This document shows, piece after piece, positions 1-11,679 of a stretch of DNA of 64,000 nucleotides; positions within the stretch are counted from its first letter, which is position 1, and each line of letters begins with the position of its first letter. This stretch comes from Octopus vulgaris (Eukaryota). A model generated the notes under the pieces. The model did no database searches. It saw only the letters and a list, made by a program, of their open reading frames with translations, and had not been told where the DNA came from. Where the stretch lies: contig OX597819.1 of the NCBI GenBank assembly GCA_951406725.2, positions 16,120,001 through 16,184,000 on the forward strand, in the 5' to 3' direction. Both the position numbers and the translations under genes were made by a program.

Positions 1-54
1 GTCATTTGACCTGCTAAAAATAACAACAAAATCTTCCTCAAATTATATCCTATC

Positions 55-492
55 ATAGGCGCAGGAGTGGCTATAGGCGCAGGAGTGGCTGTGTGGTAAG
101 TAGCTTGCTAACCAACCACATGGTTCCAGGTTCAGTCCCACTGCGTGGCATCTTGGGCAAGTGTCTTCTGCTATGGCCCCGGGCCGACCAATGCCTTGTG
201 AGTGGATTTGGTAGACGGAAACTGAAAGAAGCCTGTCGTATATATGTATATATACATATATGTATGTATGTGTGTGTATGTGTTTGTGTGTCTGTGTTTG
301 TCCCCCTAGCATTGCTTGATAACCGATGCTGGTGTGTTTACGTCCCCGTCACTTAGCGGTTCGGCAAAAGAGACCGATAGAATAAGTACTGGGCTTACAA
401 AGAATAAGTCCCGGAGTCGATTTGCTCGACTAAAGTCGGTGCTCCAGCATGGCCGCAGTCAAATGACTGAAACCAGTAAAAGAGTAAAAGAG
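55..492 (+). mobile_element. tRNA-derived SINE, family A (full length, young subfamily; 18-bp head duplicated)
   Basis: Head GGCGCAGGAGTGGCTGTGTGGTAAG with B-box-like GGTTCAGTCCC, internal TA/TG microsatellite, and tail CCAGCATGGCCGCAGTCAAATGACTGAAAC-AGTAAAAGAG. Many homologous copies occur in the window. Confidence 0.9.
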
Positions 493-696
493 TATCTGTT
501 TGATAATGTAGTCCTGGGTTAGTCTTAACTTTGAGCAATACCGCTATCGAAGCGTTAATGGGTAACAACTGTTGCCGGTTCTCATTTTCAGATGAGTAGG
601 GTGGAAGAATGCGAAAGGAAATGCTTTGCTCGGTATGGAAATCGAAAGCACAACTTCACACTCGTAAAGTCAACATCCTAGCCATTTTGGTCACAT

Positions 697-1080
697 GGAA
701 GCACTCCGTCGGTAACGACGATGAGGGTTCCGGTTGATCCGAATCAACGGAACAGCCTGCTCGTGAAATTAACGTGTAAGTGGCTGAGCACTCCACAGAC
801 ACGTGCACCCTTAACGTAGTTCTCGGGGATATTCAGCGTGACACAGAGAGTGACAAAGCCGGTCCCTTGAAATACAGGTACGACAGAAACAGGAAGTAAG
901 AGTGAGAGATAGTTGTGGTGAAAGAGTACAGCAGGGATCACCACCATCACCTACCGGAGCCTCGTGGAGCTTTTAGGTGTTTTCGCTCAATAAACACTCA
1001 CAACGCCCGATCTGGGAATCGAAACCGCGATCCTATGACTGCGAGTCCGCTGCCCTAACCACTGGGCCATTGCGCCTCCA
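697..1080 (-). mobile_element. tRNA-derived SINE, family B
   Basis: The minus strand begins GGAGGCGCAATGGCCCAGTGGTTAGGGCAGCGGACTCGC...GGTTTCGATTCCC (A and B boxes). Homologous copy at 60650-61018. Confidence 0.85.
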
Positions 1081-1317
1081 CTATTTGGTCACAAGAAAAC
1101 AAGAGTCCTGAATGCAGTTAGAACCTCTTTCCTCAGAGTCCTTCCGTCACCTTTTTCCTCATAGTTCTGCTGGACTTGACCTGGTTCAGTGCTAAATAAC
1201 AACAAGATCAAGAAAACAACAGGTTTGCAGAAACATGCTGGACAGTGAAGGAAAAGGGCAGTTTGCACTACTGCGCAAAATATATATGCACAGTGCATTC
1301 CATGCAATTAACGGTAA

Positions 1318-1713
1318 CGTTAGCACGCCGGGCGAAATGCTTAGCGGTATTTCGTCTGGGTTACGTTGTGAGTTCAAATTCCGCCGAGGTCGACTTTGCC
1401 TTTCATCCTTTCGGGGTCGATAAATTAAGTACCAGTTACGCACTGGGGTCGATGTAACCGACTTAATACCTATGTCTGTCCTTGTTTGTCCCCTCTGTGT
1501 TTAGCCCCTTGTGGGTAATAAAGAAATAGGTATTTCGTCTGCGTTACGTTGTGAGTTCAAATTCCGCCGAGGTCGACTTTGCCTTTCATCCTTTCGGGGT
1601 CGATAAATTAAGTACCGGTTACGAACTGGGGTCGATGTAATCGACTTAATACCTATGTCTGTCCTTGTTTGTTCCCTCTGTGTTTAGCCCCTCGTGGGTA
1701 ATAAAGAAATAGG
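1318..1713 (+). mobile_element. SINE family C (Nin/Deu-domain-like), two tandem ~183-bp units
   Basis: B box GAGTTCAAATTCC followed by GTCGACTTTGCCTTTCATCCTTTCGGGGTCGATAAATTAAGTACC, which resembles the Deu/Nin SINE domain. The unit starts at 1346 and again at 1529. Confidence 0.85.
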
Positions 1714-1787
1714 TATATATCATTCCGCGGCATACATCATATGCCTGGCTTACACTAAATGGCTGTAAGCAATATCTGGAATACTGC

Positions 1788-1907
1788 AGTCGCCCACATA
1801 TCACGTTGAAAGCACCGGTTCTCGTCCGATCACCGAAGTTAAGCAACGTCCAGCCTAGTTAGTACTTAGATGGGTGACCGTTTGGGAAACCTAGGTGCTT
1901 TTAAGCG
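1788..1907 (+). pseudogene. 5S rRNA pseudogene (solitary, diverged)
   Basis: CATATCACGTTGAAAGCACCGGTTCTCGTCCGATCACCGAAGTTAAGCAACGT...GTTAGTACTTAGATGGGTGACCG...GGGAA is the metazoan 5S sequence. The terminal helix is diverged and the copy is not in a tandem array. Confidence 0.85.
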
Positions 1908-1920
1908 TTTCACACTTTAT

Positions 1921-2100
1921 TGGCGCAGGAATGGCTGTGTGGTAAGTAGCTTGCTTACCAACCACATGGTTTTGGGTTCAGCCCCACTACGTAGCGCTTT
2001 GAGCAAATGCCTTCTACTATAGCCTCAGACCGACCAAAGCCTTTTGAGCGGATTTGGTAGACGGAAACTGAAAGAAGCCCGTCGTATATATATGTATATG

Positions 2101-2162
<62 letters not shown>

Positions 2163-2188
2163 CATACATATATACATATATATATATA

Positions 2189-2223
<35 letters not shown>

Positions 2224-2475
2224 GTGTATGTATGTATGTGTGTGTGTAGTGTGTGCGTGTGTGTATTTGTGTGTCTGTGTTTGTCCCCCACCATCGCTTG
2301 ACAACCGATGCTGGTGTGTTTACGTCCACGTAACTTAGCGGTTCGGCAAAAGTGCCCGATAGAATAATAACAAGGCTTAGAAAGAATAAGTCCTGGGGGT
2401 CAATTTACTCGACTAAAGGCAGTGCACCCGCATGGCCGCAGTCAAGTGGCTGAAACAAATAAAAGAATAAAAGAG
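1921..2475 (+). mobile_element. SINE family A copy
   Basis: Same head, body and tail as 55-492, with an expanded internal (TA)/(TG) tract. Confidence 0.9.
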
Positions 2476-2519
2476 TAGTTTCTGAGTTTTCTAGGGTTTT
2501 AAAACTTGGGTTGACATTG

Positions 2520-3150
2520 GACAACAACAACAACATCAACAACAAATATAGGCATCAACATTACCATCATCAGCACCACAACTAAAGCCAACACTACCAC
2601 AAATGCTAGCGCCAATACAAGCACCCTCACCACCACCATCACCACCACCACCACTACTACCAACATCAGCATCACCACTACCACCACCACCAGTACCACC
2701 ACCACTGCCACTACAAGCACCATGACTACCCCCACTACCACCACCACCACTACCACTAATACCAACAGTAGCATCACCACTACCACCACCACTACCACCA
2801 CCACTAAGACCACCACTAAAACCACCACCACCACCACCATCACTAATACCAACAGTAGCATTACAAATACCACCACCACTACCACCACCACAACCACCAC
2901 TCCAACAACAACAATTCAACTACCATCACTACCACTATCACCACAACCACCACCACTACAACAGCTAATACCAATACAAACACTTTCATCATAGCTACCA
3001 CCACCAGTGACAATCCCCACCACGACCACCACGACCACCACGACCACGACCACGACCACCACCACCGCCACCACCACCACCACCACCGCCACCACCACCC
3101 CCACCACCACCACCACCACCACCGCAATTGCAACAACTGCCACCACCATC
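2520..3150. repeat. (ACC/ACT/AAC)n trinucleotide low-complexity tract
   Basis: Runs of CAC/TAC/AAC that produce the poly-T/V/G ORFs in the track. Confidence 0.9.
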
Positions 3151-3544
3151 ACAAATTCCGTTGTTTTCTGTAACCGCCTCCTCTTTCTACCAGGGTAACC
3201 TGCGAACACACCCCCCACATTCTTCACGCTCCCCAACAGTAGACACCCCCCCACCATCACCATCGTCAGCAGCCGAAACACTCCACCCGGCAAACTTCTA
3301 CACCACCCTTCTTTCTCACTGTCCCTCTACCCATCCCCGCCCACCTCTAACAACCAACATGTGCGAGGATTATTGTTGTTGGTGTTGTTGTTGTGTGACG
3401 GTGTCGGTAGTGATGTGGATAGGGAGTGAGGAAGGGTGGAAGCTGTTACAATGGGTAGGCGTTGGCGCGGGGTGCCGGGATGGGTGAACAAAGGAGGAAG
3501 AAGGGAAAATGATAATGGAAGCTATGTCGGAGGAAGATGTGGGA

Positions 3545-3732
3545 GGACAGACAGACAGACAGACAGATAGGTAGGTAGATGGATAGATGGATAGATAGAT
3601 AGATAGATGGATAGATAGATAGATAGATAGATAGATAGACAGATAGGTAGATAGATAGTAGATAGATAGATAGATAGATAGACAGATGGATAGATAGATA
3701 GATAGATAGACAGATGGATAGATAGATGGATG

Positions 3733-3763
<31 letters not shown>

Positions 3764-3820
3764 GGATAGATAGATAGATAGATAGATAGATAGGTAGGTA
3801 GGTAGATAGATAGATAGATG

Positions 3821-3887
<67 letters not shown>

Positions 3888-3922
3888 GACATACAGACAG
3901 ATAACCAGATAGATTGATTGAT

Positions 3923-3971
<49 letters not shown>

Positions 3972-4365
3972 CAGACAAAGAGACAGACACAGACACATTC
4001 ACACACACACACACACTCATACAAAAACACACATACACACATATATGTATAGAGAGAGAGACAGACATGATATACATAGCAAGATAGATAAAACGATAGA
4101 TAGCTATTCCTTCCTCTGTCTGTCTGTCTGTTTTACTCTCTCATTCTCTGTATGTATGTATGTATGTATGTACGTATGTACGTATGTACGTATGTATGTA
4201 TGTATGTATGTATGTATGTATGTAGTATGTATGTATGTATGTATGTACATACGTACGTATGTATGTATGTATGTATGCATGTATGTATGTATGTATGTAT
4301 GTATGTACATACGTACGTATGTATGTATGTATGTATGTATGTATGTATGTATGTATGTATGTGTA
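3545..4365. repeat. (GATA)n followed by (TATG)n microsatellites
   Basis: Directly visible tetranucleotide runs. Confidence 0.95.
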
Positions 4366-4399
4366 TTACACACACATACCCACACGCATACACACACAC

Positions 4400-4615
4400 T
4401 ATGGGGTACTGAAAAGTTCCTGGTTTTAAGGTGATTACGAAAGACCTGTTTGGAGGCCCAGTTCTCCGAGCTCTTTTACAAGCTTTAGAAAAACTGAAGG
4501 ACCGCTGCAGTAAGTGTGTGAATCTGAGAGGGCAAAATGTTGCATAAAATCATAATTAACTGATTCTTTTGTATTTTCTTTTACCCAAAGCTAGGAACTT
4601 TCCAGCACCCCCTCA
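4400..4615. mobile_element. Mariner-type MITE (~210 bp)
   Basis: TIRs GGGGTACTGAAAAGTTCCTGG / AGGAACTTTCCAGCACCCC. Homologous copy at 46034-46242. Confidence 0.75.
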
Positions 4616-4746
4616 TATACATACTTACATGCACACACACAAACATGTATGTATGTATGTATGTATGTATGTATGTATGTATGTATGTATGTATGTATGT
4701 ATGTATGTATGTATGTATGTATGTATGTATGCATGTATGCATGCAT

Positions 4747-5244
4747 GGTCGGGTCGTCGGCGACTAAACTGGCAACCCCACCAAGCTTGCTTGGTGAGGA
4801 GGGTGTTTATTGGACACCCTGCAGGATGAAAAACAAAACCCGTTAAAGGGCGGAGGAACTCTTTAGAGTCAACGTCCATCCAATAAATGTCTTAAGGCTG
4901 TATCATGCGCGGGGACATAGAAATAATTGGACTGAATACCCGATCGCGCGGTTAAACCATTGGGAGTGAAGGACTCCTAGCCTTTGTTAGGGCATCCTTC
5001 TAGGAGAAGGTAACTCAGGTAACTGGGATAACTACGACATAAAACCTGCGGCTCAGTGTTTACCGATGATGTTGACTTGTTCTTCTTTTCGGATTATGGC
5101 TGCTGTTGCTTAGTGAGTGGGATTGACTCAGTGCACAGCCTTTACTCACTTCAAAAAAAATTTTCTTGCACAGGCATTGCACGATAACAACATTGATTAA
5201 GCTTCATGCAATGGCCATACTCGATAACGAGGGGGCAGCCACCA
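4747..5244 (+). mobile_element. Probable non-autonomous RTE-related retroelement embedded in (TATG)n
   Basis: About 500 bp of complex sequence flanked on both sides by (TATG)n. The motif GGGCATCCTTCTAGGAGAAGGTAACTC resembles RTE 5'UTR motifs (recalled, not searched). Confidence 0.45.
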
Positions 5245-5294
5245 TGTATGTATGTATGTATGTATGTATGTATGTATGTATGTATGTATGTATG

Positions 5295-5325
<31 letters not shown>

Positions 5326-5360
5326 TGTATGTATGTATGTATGTATGTAATGTATGTATG

Positions 5361-5391
<31 letters not shown>

Positions 5392-5645
5392 TGTATGTAT
5401 GTATGTATTCATGCATGTATGTATGTATGCATGTATGTATGTATGTATGTATGTAATGTATGTATGTATGTCTGTCTGTATGTATTTATGTATGTATGTA
5501 TGTATGTATGTATGTATGTATGTATGTATGTATGTATGTTATGTATGTATGTATGCATGTATGTATGTATGTATGTATGTATGTATGTATGCATGCATGC
5601 ATGTATGCATGTATGTATGTATGTATGTATGTATGTATGTGTGTG
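5245..5645. repeat. (TATG)n microsatellite
   Basis: Directly visible. Confidence 0.95.
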
Positions 5646-5654
5646 ATTATTAAA

Positions 5655-6035
5655 AGCAGAATCAGGATTTACTGAGTTCTTTTCGATCCTATCAGAAGTG
5701 CAACAATGTGTATGCTGTCTCCATTCTTTTGTGGACATGGCTGATAGTAGATAAGAAGGAAACAGTTAGATTTTGAACTATGATGATGTAGGCCTTTTTG
5801 CCAACAACTGCACAAACATGCAGACTATGACGAATTCCCAGGCTGAAACAGCTGAGAAGATTGGCTTGAGAGAAGAACTGAGAGGAACTATAATGACATG
5901 GTGGGGAGAGACCAAAAAGTTGGGCGAAGAAAATCTGGAGATCCTCCTTAAAATATGACAAGTGCAACTGTGACAAAAACTTGGGTCTCAAGCTCCAACC
6001 CTTGCCAAAGATAGAGCAAGATGGAAGAGCATAGC
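5655..6035 (+). pseudogene. Degenerate RTE-clade LINE reverse transcriptase fragments
   Basis: Translated pieces LSPFFF, LNY-DDVGLFA...MQTM...ETAEKIGL (YADD region) and LAKDRARWKS (RTE C-terminal motif), with frameshifts and deletions. Confidence 0.6.
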
Positions 6036-6042
6036 GGACCGT

Positions 6043-6213
6043 TCGTTACGTTGTGAGTTCAAATTCCGCCGAGGTCGACTTTGCCTTTCATCCTTTCGGG
6101 GGTCGATAAATAAAGTACCAGTTACGCACTGGGGTCGATGTAATCGACTTAATCCGTTTGTCTGTCCTTGTTTGTCCCCTCTATGTTTAACCCCTTGTGG
6201 GCAATAAAGAAAT
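6043..6213 (+). mobile_element. SINE family C copy (5'-truncated)
   Basis: Near-identical to the unit at 1346-1528. Confidence 0.85.
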
Positions 6214-6328
6214 ATATTGTGAGGATGGAGGAACCATGTGACTATATATGTGTGTATATATACATATACATACATACATGCATACATACATAGATACACA
6301 CGCATAGACACACACACATATATATATG

Positions 6329-6493
6329 TAGGCGCAGGAGTGGCTATGTGGTAAGAAGTTTGCTTCCTAACCACATGGTTCCAGGTTCACTCCCACTGCG
6401 TGGCATCTTGGGCAAGTGTCTTTCTACTATAGCCTCGAGCTGACCAAAGCCTTGTGAGTGGATTTGGTAGACAGAAACAGAAAGAAATCCGTC

Positions 6494-6579
<86 letters not shown>

Positions 6580-7275
6580 ATGTATGTATGTATGTATGTA
6601 TGTATGTATATATTTATTTATATGTGTGTGTATATATTTGTGTGTGTCTGTGTCTGTCCTCCCTCCATCGTTTGACAACTGATGTTGATGTGTTTACGTC
6701 TCCGTAACGTAGCGGTTCGGCAAAAGAGACCGACAGAATAAGTAACAGGCTTACAAAAAAAAATAAGTCCTAGGGTCAATTTATTCGACTAAAGGCGGGA
6801 ATCTTTTCGGTTTGAACGGCAGTTTTTTCTAGCGGTGTCACATGAAATTGATCTAGTATCGATCTATTGCATTTCAATCTATTTTAGGGATACGGTTAGT
6901 TAGGGTTAGGGTTAGGTGTGGGGAGAAGGGTATCTTTTTTTTCTTCACAAATGTAAATAAACCCAATCAGTTTCTTAAACGAGGGACATATTCATACGGC
7001 ACAGAATGTTTATAACCTCAATACACGTCAATGATTGGTTGAAATTGCAGAAATTCAGAAAAAATAAACCCCAACAAATATCTTACAAACTATAGAATTC
7101 TCTCAATAAAGCCAAGAGAAAAAAATGTTTTATAAACACATTCTACCAGTATACGAAGTTTAAAATTTTTTTGTTACCTAGAAATTATGTTAAAAACTGC
7201 CGTTCAAACCGAAAAGATCCAAAGGTGTTACTCCAGTATAGCCGCAGTCAAATGACTAAAGCAGGTAAAAGAAAA
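6329..7275 (+). mobile_element. SINE family A copy interrupted by a MITE
   Basis: Head at 6331. The tail ...CGACTAAAGGCGG is split at 6798 and resumes at 7221 (AAAGGTGTTACTCCAGTATAGCCGCAGTCAAATGACT). Confidence 0.85.
6799..7220. mobile_element. MITE with ~28-bp TIRs and an imperfect 8-bp TSD (Merlin- or hAT-like)
   Basis: GAATCTTTTCGGTTTGAACGGCAGTTTT ... AAAACTGCCGTTCAAACCGAAAAGATCC, flanked by AAAGGCGG / AAAGGTGT. Contains internal TTAGGG repeats. Confidence 0.85.
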
Positions 7276-7458
7276 TGAGAATATATATATATGAGAAGCT
7301 AAAAGTTATGTGCGGTCATAGAGTGACCACTGGTTTGGCACCTATAAAGTGCTTAGCAGCATAGGTGACTCTTCAGATTCAAATGGCTTATTTATCTATT
7401 TATACATCAATCTACATATTTATCGATAGATCTATGTATATATTTGTCTATCTTTATA

Positions 7459-7525
<67 letters not shown>

Positions 7526-7750
7526 ATACACACATATAGACATATATATACAATATATATATATATGTATATACATACAATATATATATATATATACATA
7601 CATAGTGTTTTTTTTAGCCCTTTAAATATACACATGTTATATATATATATATATATATATACGTACATGCATTCATATACAAAGTATATAGATGCATACA
7701 TAGTTATACAAAACACACATGTGTATATCTACGGGCGCATGAATATGTAA

Positions 7751-7791
<41 letters not shown>

Positions 7792-7835
7792 GATAGATAG
7801 ATAGATATTAGCATATATGCATATATATATACAGG

Positions 7836-7923
<88 letters not shown>

Positions 7924-8004
7924 CATAGGATTGAACAGACGGATCGCATGTGTATATATATATATATATATAAAGAGGTAGATAGATATGTAGATAGATC
8001 GATA

Positions 8005-8169
8005 GTATTGGTTGTGTGGCAAGTAGCTTGCTTACCACCCACATTGTTCCGGGTTCACTCTCAATGCCTGGCATCTTGGGCAAGTGTCTTCTACTATAGC
8101 CTCGTGCCGACCAAAGCCTTGTGAGTGGATTTGGTAGACGGAAACTAAAAGGCTCCCTTCGTATATACT

Positions 8170-8217
<48 letters not shown>

Positions 8218-8437
8218 TATGTGTATATATGTTTGTGTGTCTGTGTTTGTCCCACCACCACCACCACCATAGACTGACAACCGATGCTGGTGTGTTTGCG
8301 TCCCCAAAACTTAGCGGTTCGGCAAAAGAACCCGATAGAATAAGTACTAGGCATACTGGGGTCGATTTGCTCGTCTAAAAACGGTGCTCCAGCATGGCCG
8401 CAGTCAAATGACTGAAACAAGTAAAAGCATAAAAGAA
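8005..8437 (+). mobile_element. SINE family A copy (diverged)
   Basis: Body and tail homology to family A, with an internal deletion near the 3' end. Confidence 0.85.
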
Positions 8438-8475
<38 letters not shown>

Positions 8476-8614
8476 GTATGTATGTATGTATGTATGTATG
8501 TATGTATCTATCTATCTATCTATGTATGTATGTATGTATGTATGTATCTATCTATCTATCTATGTATGTATGTATGTATGTATGTATGTATGTATCTATC
8601 TATCTATCTATCTA

Positions 8615-8690
<76 letters not shown>

Positions 8691-9106
8691 TAGATAGATA
8701 GCGTTATACACAAATATAAAGAATGGAAAATTTGTGAATTTTTGTGTACAAGGTGATATGTATATCGACTTTCCCACCCACCCTCTCTCTGTCCCCTCTA
8801 TTTTCAGTATGTAGAAGTGTGTGTGTGTGTGCGTGTGTGTGTGCGAGAGCGTGTGTGTGTGTGCGTATGTGTGTGCGAGAGCGTGTGTGTGTGTGCTTGG
8901 CGGCATATTGATGTGGATATGTGTTGCGTATGTGAGAGGCATGAATCTGGCGGGGAGTGAAAGTTTGGTGTGTCTGTGTGTTCGTGGCGGAGTGCGCGTG
9001 CATGCGTCAGTCAGTGCGTGTGTGTGTGTGTGCATCGTCGTGAGAAACACGAAGAGAGCTTGAGTGTGAAGGTATCTATCCGTGTGTATGTGTGTGTGTC
9101 TGCGTT

Positions 9107-9154
<48 letters not shown>

Positions 9155-9399
9155 TGTGTGTATGTGTGTGCTGCGATGCGTCCGTGTTTACGTGTGTGCT
9201 TGCACACACACGTAATCCCCATCATATATCTGTACATGAACATAAACATACGCATGTATACAAACACACACAGACACACACACACGGATTACATATATAT
9301 GTGTGTGTATGCGTGTGTTTGTGTGCGTGTGTGTGTGTGTGTATGCGCCTGTTGCTCGGTATACGCTGGTTCACTTCTATATAAATATACGTACATGCG

Positions 9400-9409
9400 T
9401 GTGTGTATG

Positions 9410-9463
<54 letters not shown>

Positions 9464-9526
9464 CACACATATATACACAAATATATATACATATATACAT
9501 ACACATATATATATACATATATATAC

Positions 9527-9559
<33 letters not shown>

Positions 9560-9700
9560 CATATATATATACATATATATATATATATACATATATATAT
9601 ACATATATATATATATACATATATATATACATATATATATATATATACATATATACATATATACATATATATATATGTATATATATACATATATATGCAC

Positions 9701-9742
<42 letters not shown>

Positions 9743-9800
9743 GTATATATATATGTGTATATTCATATGTTTGTATATGTATGTATGTATGTAGGTATGT
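9400..9800. repeat. (TA)n/(TACA) compound microsatellite
   Basis: Directly visible. Confidence 0.95.
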
Positions 9801-9996
9801 GTGTAAGTACGTAGATGTGCGTCTGTGAGAAGGCCGTCGAGAAACTAAGTGTACGTACATACACACACACTCACACATACACACACACACTCACACATAC
9901 ACACACACATACACACACACACATACATGTATATATATATATATATACGTATACATAAAAAAGACGAAATGGTAAAAAGGAAAAAAATGTGTATAT

Positions 9997-10049
<53 letters not shown>

Positions 10050-10663
10050 AACATATATATACATATATATACATATGTATTCATATACATACACATACAT
10101 ATGTGTGGGTGTGCATGTGTGTGTGAAACGCTGGACCTGGCAAAGTGGGAACCAGGCAGTTTGAGAGAGCAAAAGCAGGAAGAGTTAGCGCACCGCCTCA
10201 ACACCATACCACCACCACCACCACCATTACTACACTCTAACCACTGCACCAGTACCAATACTACAACAGCAGCTCATTCACACCGCTATACTACCACCGC
10301 TACCGCCGCCGTACCACAACTTGTACACCTCGCTCCCCCTCTACTAAACCAAACCATACACGCACACACATCTACACTTCTCCACTACGTTAACAACAAT
10401 AACAAAAACACCGCCACCTCGCCTCCCCTCCTCCTCCTCCTCACCTCCGCCTCTCTCACTACCACCACCACCACCACCACCGCTACCACTACAGCTATCA
10501 ATAAAACTCCCACTCCCCTCCTCACAACCATTACCAACAACAGGAACAGCACTAACACACTTCCCCTTCTCCACCCCCGCTGCTAGTAACACTCCCTCCT
10601 CCACCACTACCTCTTCCACCACCATAACACTCCCACCTTCACCCAACTCACCTCCCCTCTACC

Positions 10664-11038
10664 ACCAACACTCCCTCTTAGACTCTCACCATCGCTTCCA
10701 CCACCACAGATACTCCGACCTCCACCTCCACTACCACCACCACCATCATCCCTAACGCTCTCTCACTCCTACCGCCACCACTACCACCACCACCTCTAAT
10801 AGGCTGACCCGCTCCTCCCCACCAACTCTCCCGCCTCCACCACCATAACACTCTTACTATTACCAACACTCCCTCTCAGACTCTCACCATCGCTTCCACC
10901 ACCACAGATACTCCGACCTCCACCTCCACAACCACCACCACCATCATCCCTAACGCTCTCTCACTCCTACCGCCACTACCACCACCACCACCACCACCTC
11001 TAATAGGCTGACCCGCTCCTCCCCACCAACTCTCCCAC
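10664..11038. repeat. ~198-bp tandem duplication within a C-rich tract
   Basis: ACCAACACTCCCTCT(T/C)AGACTCTCACCATCGCTTCC...TAATAGGCTGACCCGCTCCTCCCC starts at 10664 and again at 10862. Confidence 0.85.
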
Positions 11039-11283
11039 CATCACCAGCAGCATTACTGCTTGGAGTAAAGAAAGAGCGAGGACAACAAAAGCTCTATCAT
11101 CATCAGACGGCATCAATCAGTGACGGAGTGTGTGGTGGTCTGGTGTGGTGTTCGGTATATGGTGTGGTGTATACTATATGGTGTTGTCTATGGTGTGGTA
11201 TGTATGAAAAGACATCGATGCCGTCGTCCCAGACGGTCAGTAGAGTCTGTGCTCAGATATTCACTGGAGCAGCCGACACCACC

Positions 11284-11403
11284 ATGTGTCTTCACTGCAC
11301 GCTAACGTTTACTAACAGACTGGCTTTCATCGTTTTACTTTATGTATCTTTACCAATACTTTTCTATCCTCTCAATGTTGAGGCTGTTTTATCCAGAGAA
11401 AAG
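11284..11403 (+). CDS. Candidate first coding exon of a secreted or membrane protein (signal-peptide-like, 40 aa, phase-0 donor)
   Basis: Kozak-like CACCACCATG. Translation MCLHCTLTFTNRLAFIVLLYVSLPILFYPLNVEAVLSREK has a hydrophobic core and a VEA cleavage-like site. Followed by an AAG|GTCAGT donor and T-rich intron-like sequence. Non-repetitive context. Upstream in-frame ATGs exist at ~11200 and 11218. Confidence 0.5.
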
Positions 11404-11648
11404 GTCAGTATTATAAATCTTTTTTCATTAATAATTCACATCATAACTTAAACTCTTTCGTTTCTACTTTTTATTTCAAAATTTTACTTCAACATCTTTT
11501 TCTACCAATAATTTTGCCGGATTCCGTTCTTTCTTGCAATTTTTTCATTGCTTTTCAAAATATATATATTTATTATTATTATTTTTTTTTGCTCTTTATT
11601 CGTTTTAATCTTTTTCTGTTTTGTTTTGTACTTTAGTAACACTTTTGG

Positions 11649-11679
<31 letters not shown>

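Noticed and set aside
43-312. Recurrent ORF motif '[17 protein letters not shown]...[19 protein letters not shown]'
   Set aside because: This is the antisense translation of SINE family A, not a gene family.
2499-3293. Poly-Thr (mucin-like), poly-Val and poly-Gly ORFs (also 9849-10586 and 34094-34728)
   Set aside because: They arise from trinucleotide low-complexity sequence open in several frames on both strands, with no domains or supported splice structure.
6894-6916. Telomere
   Set aside because: Only about three TTAGGG units, located inside a MITE.
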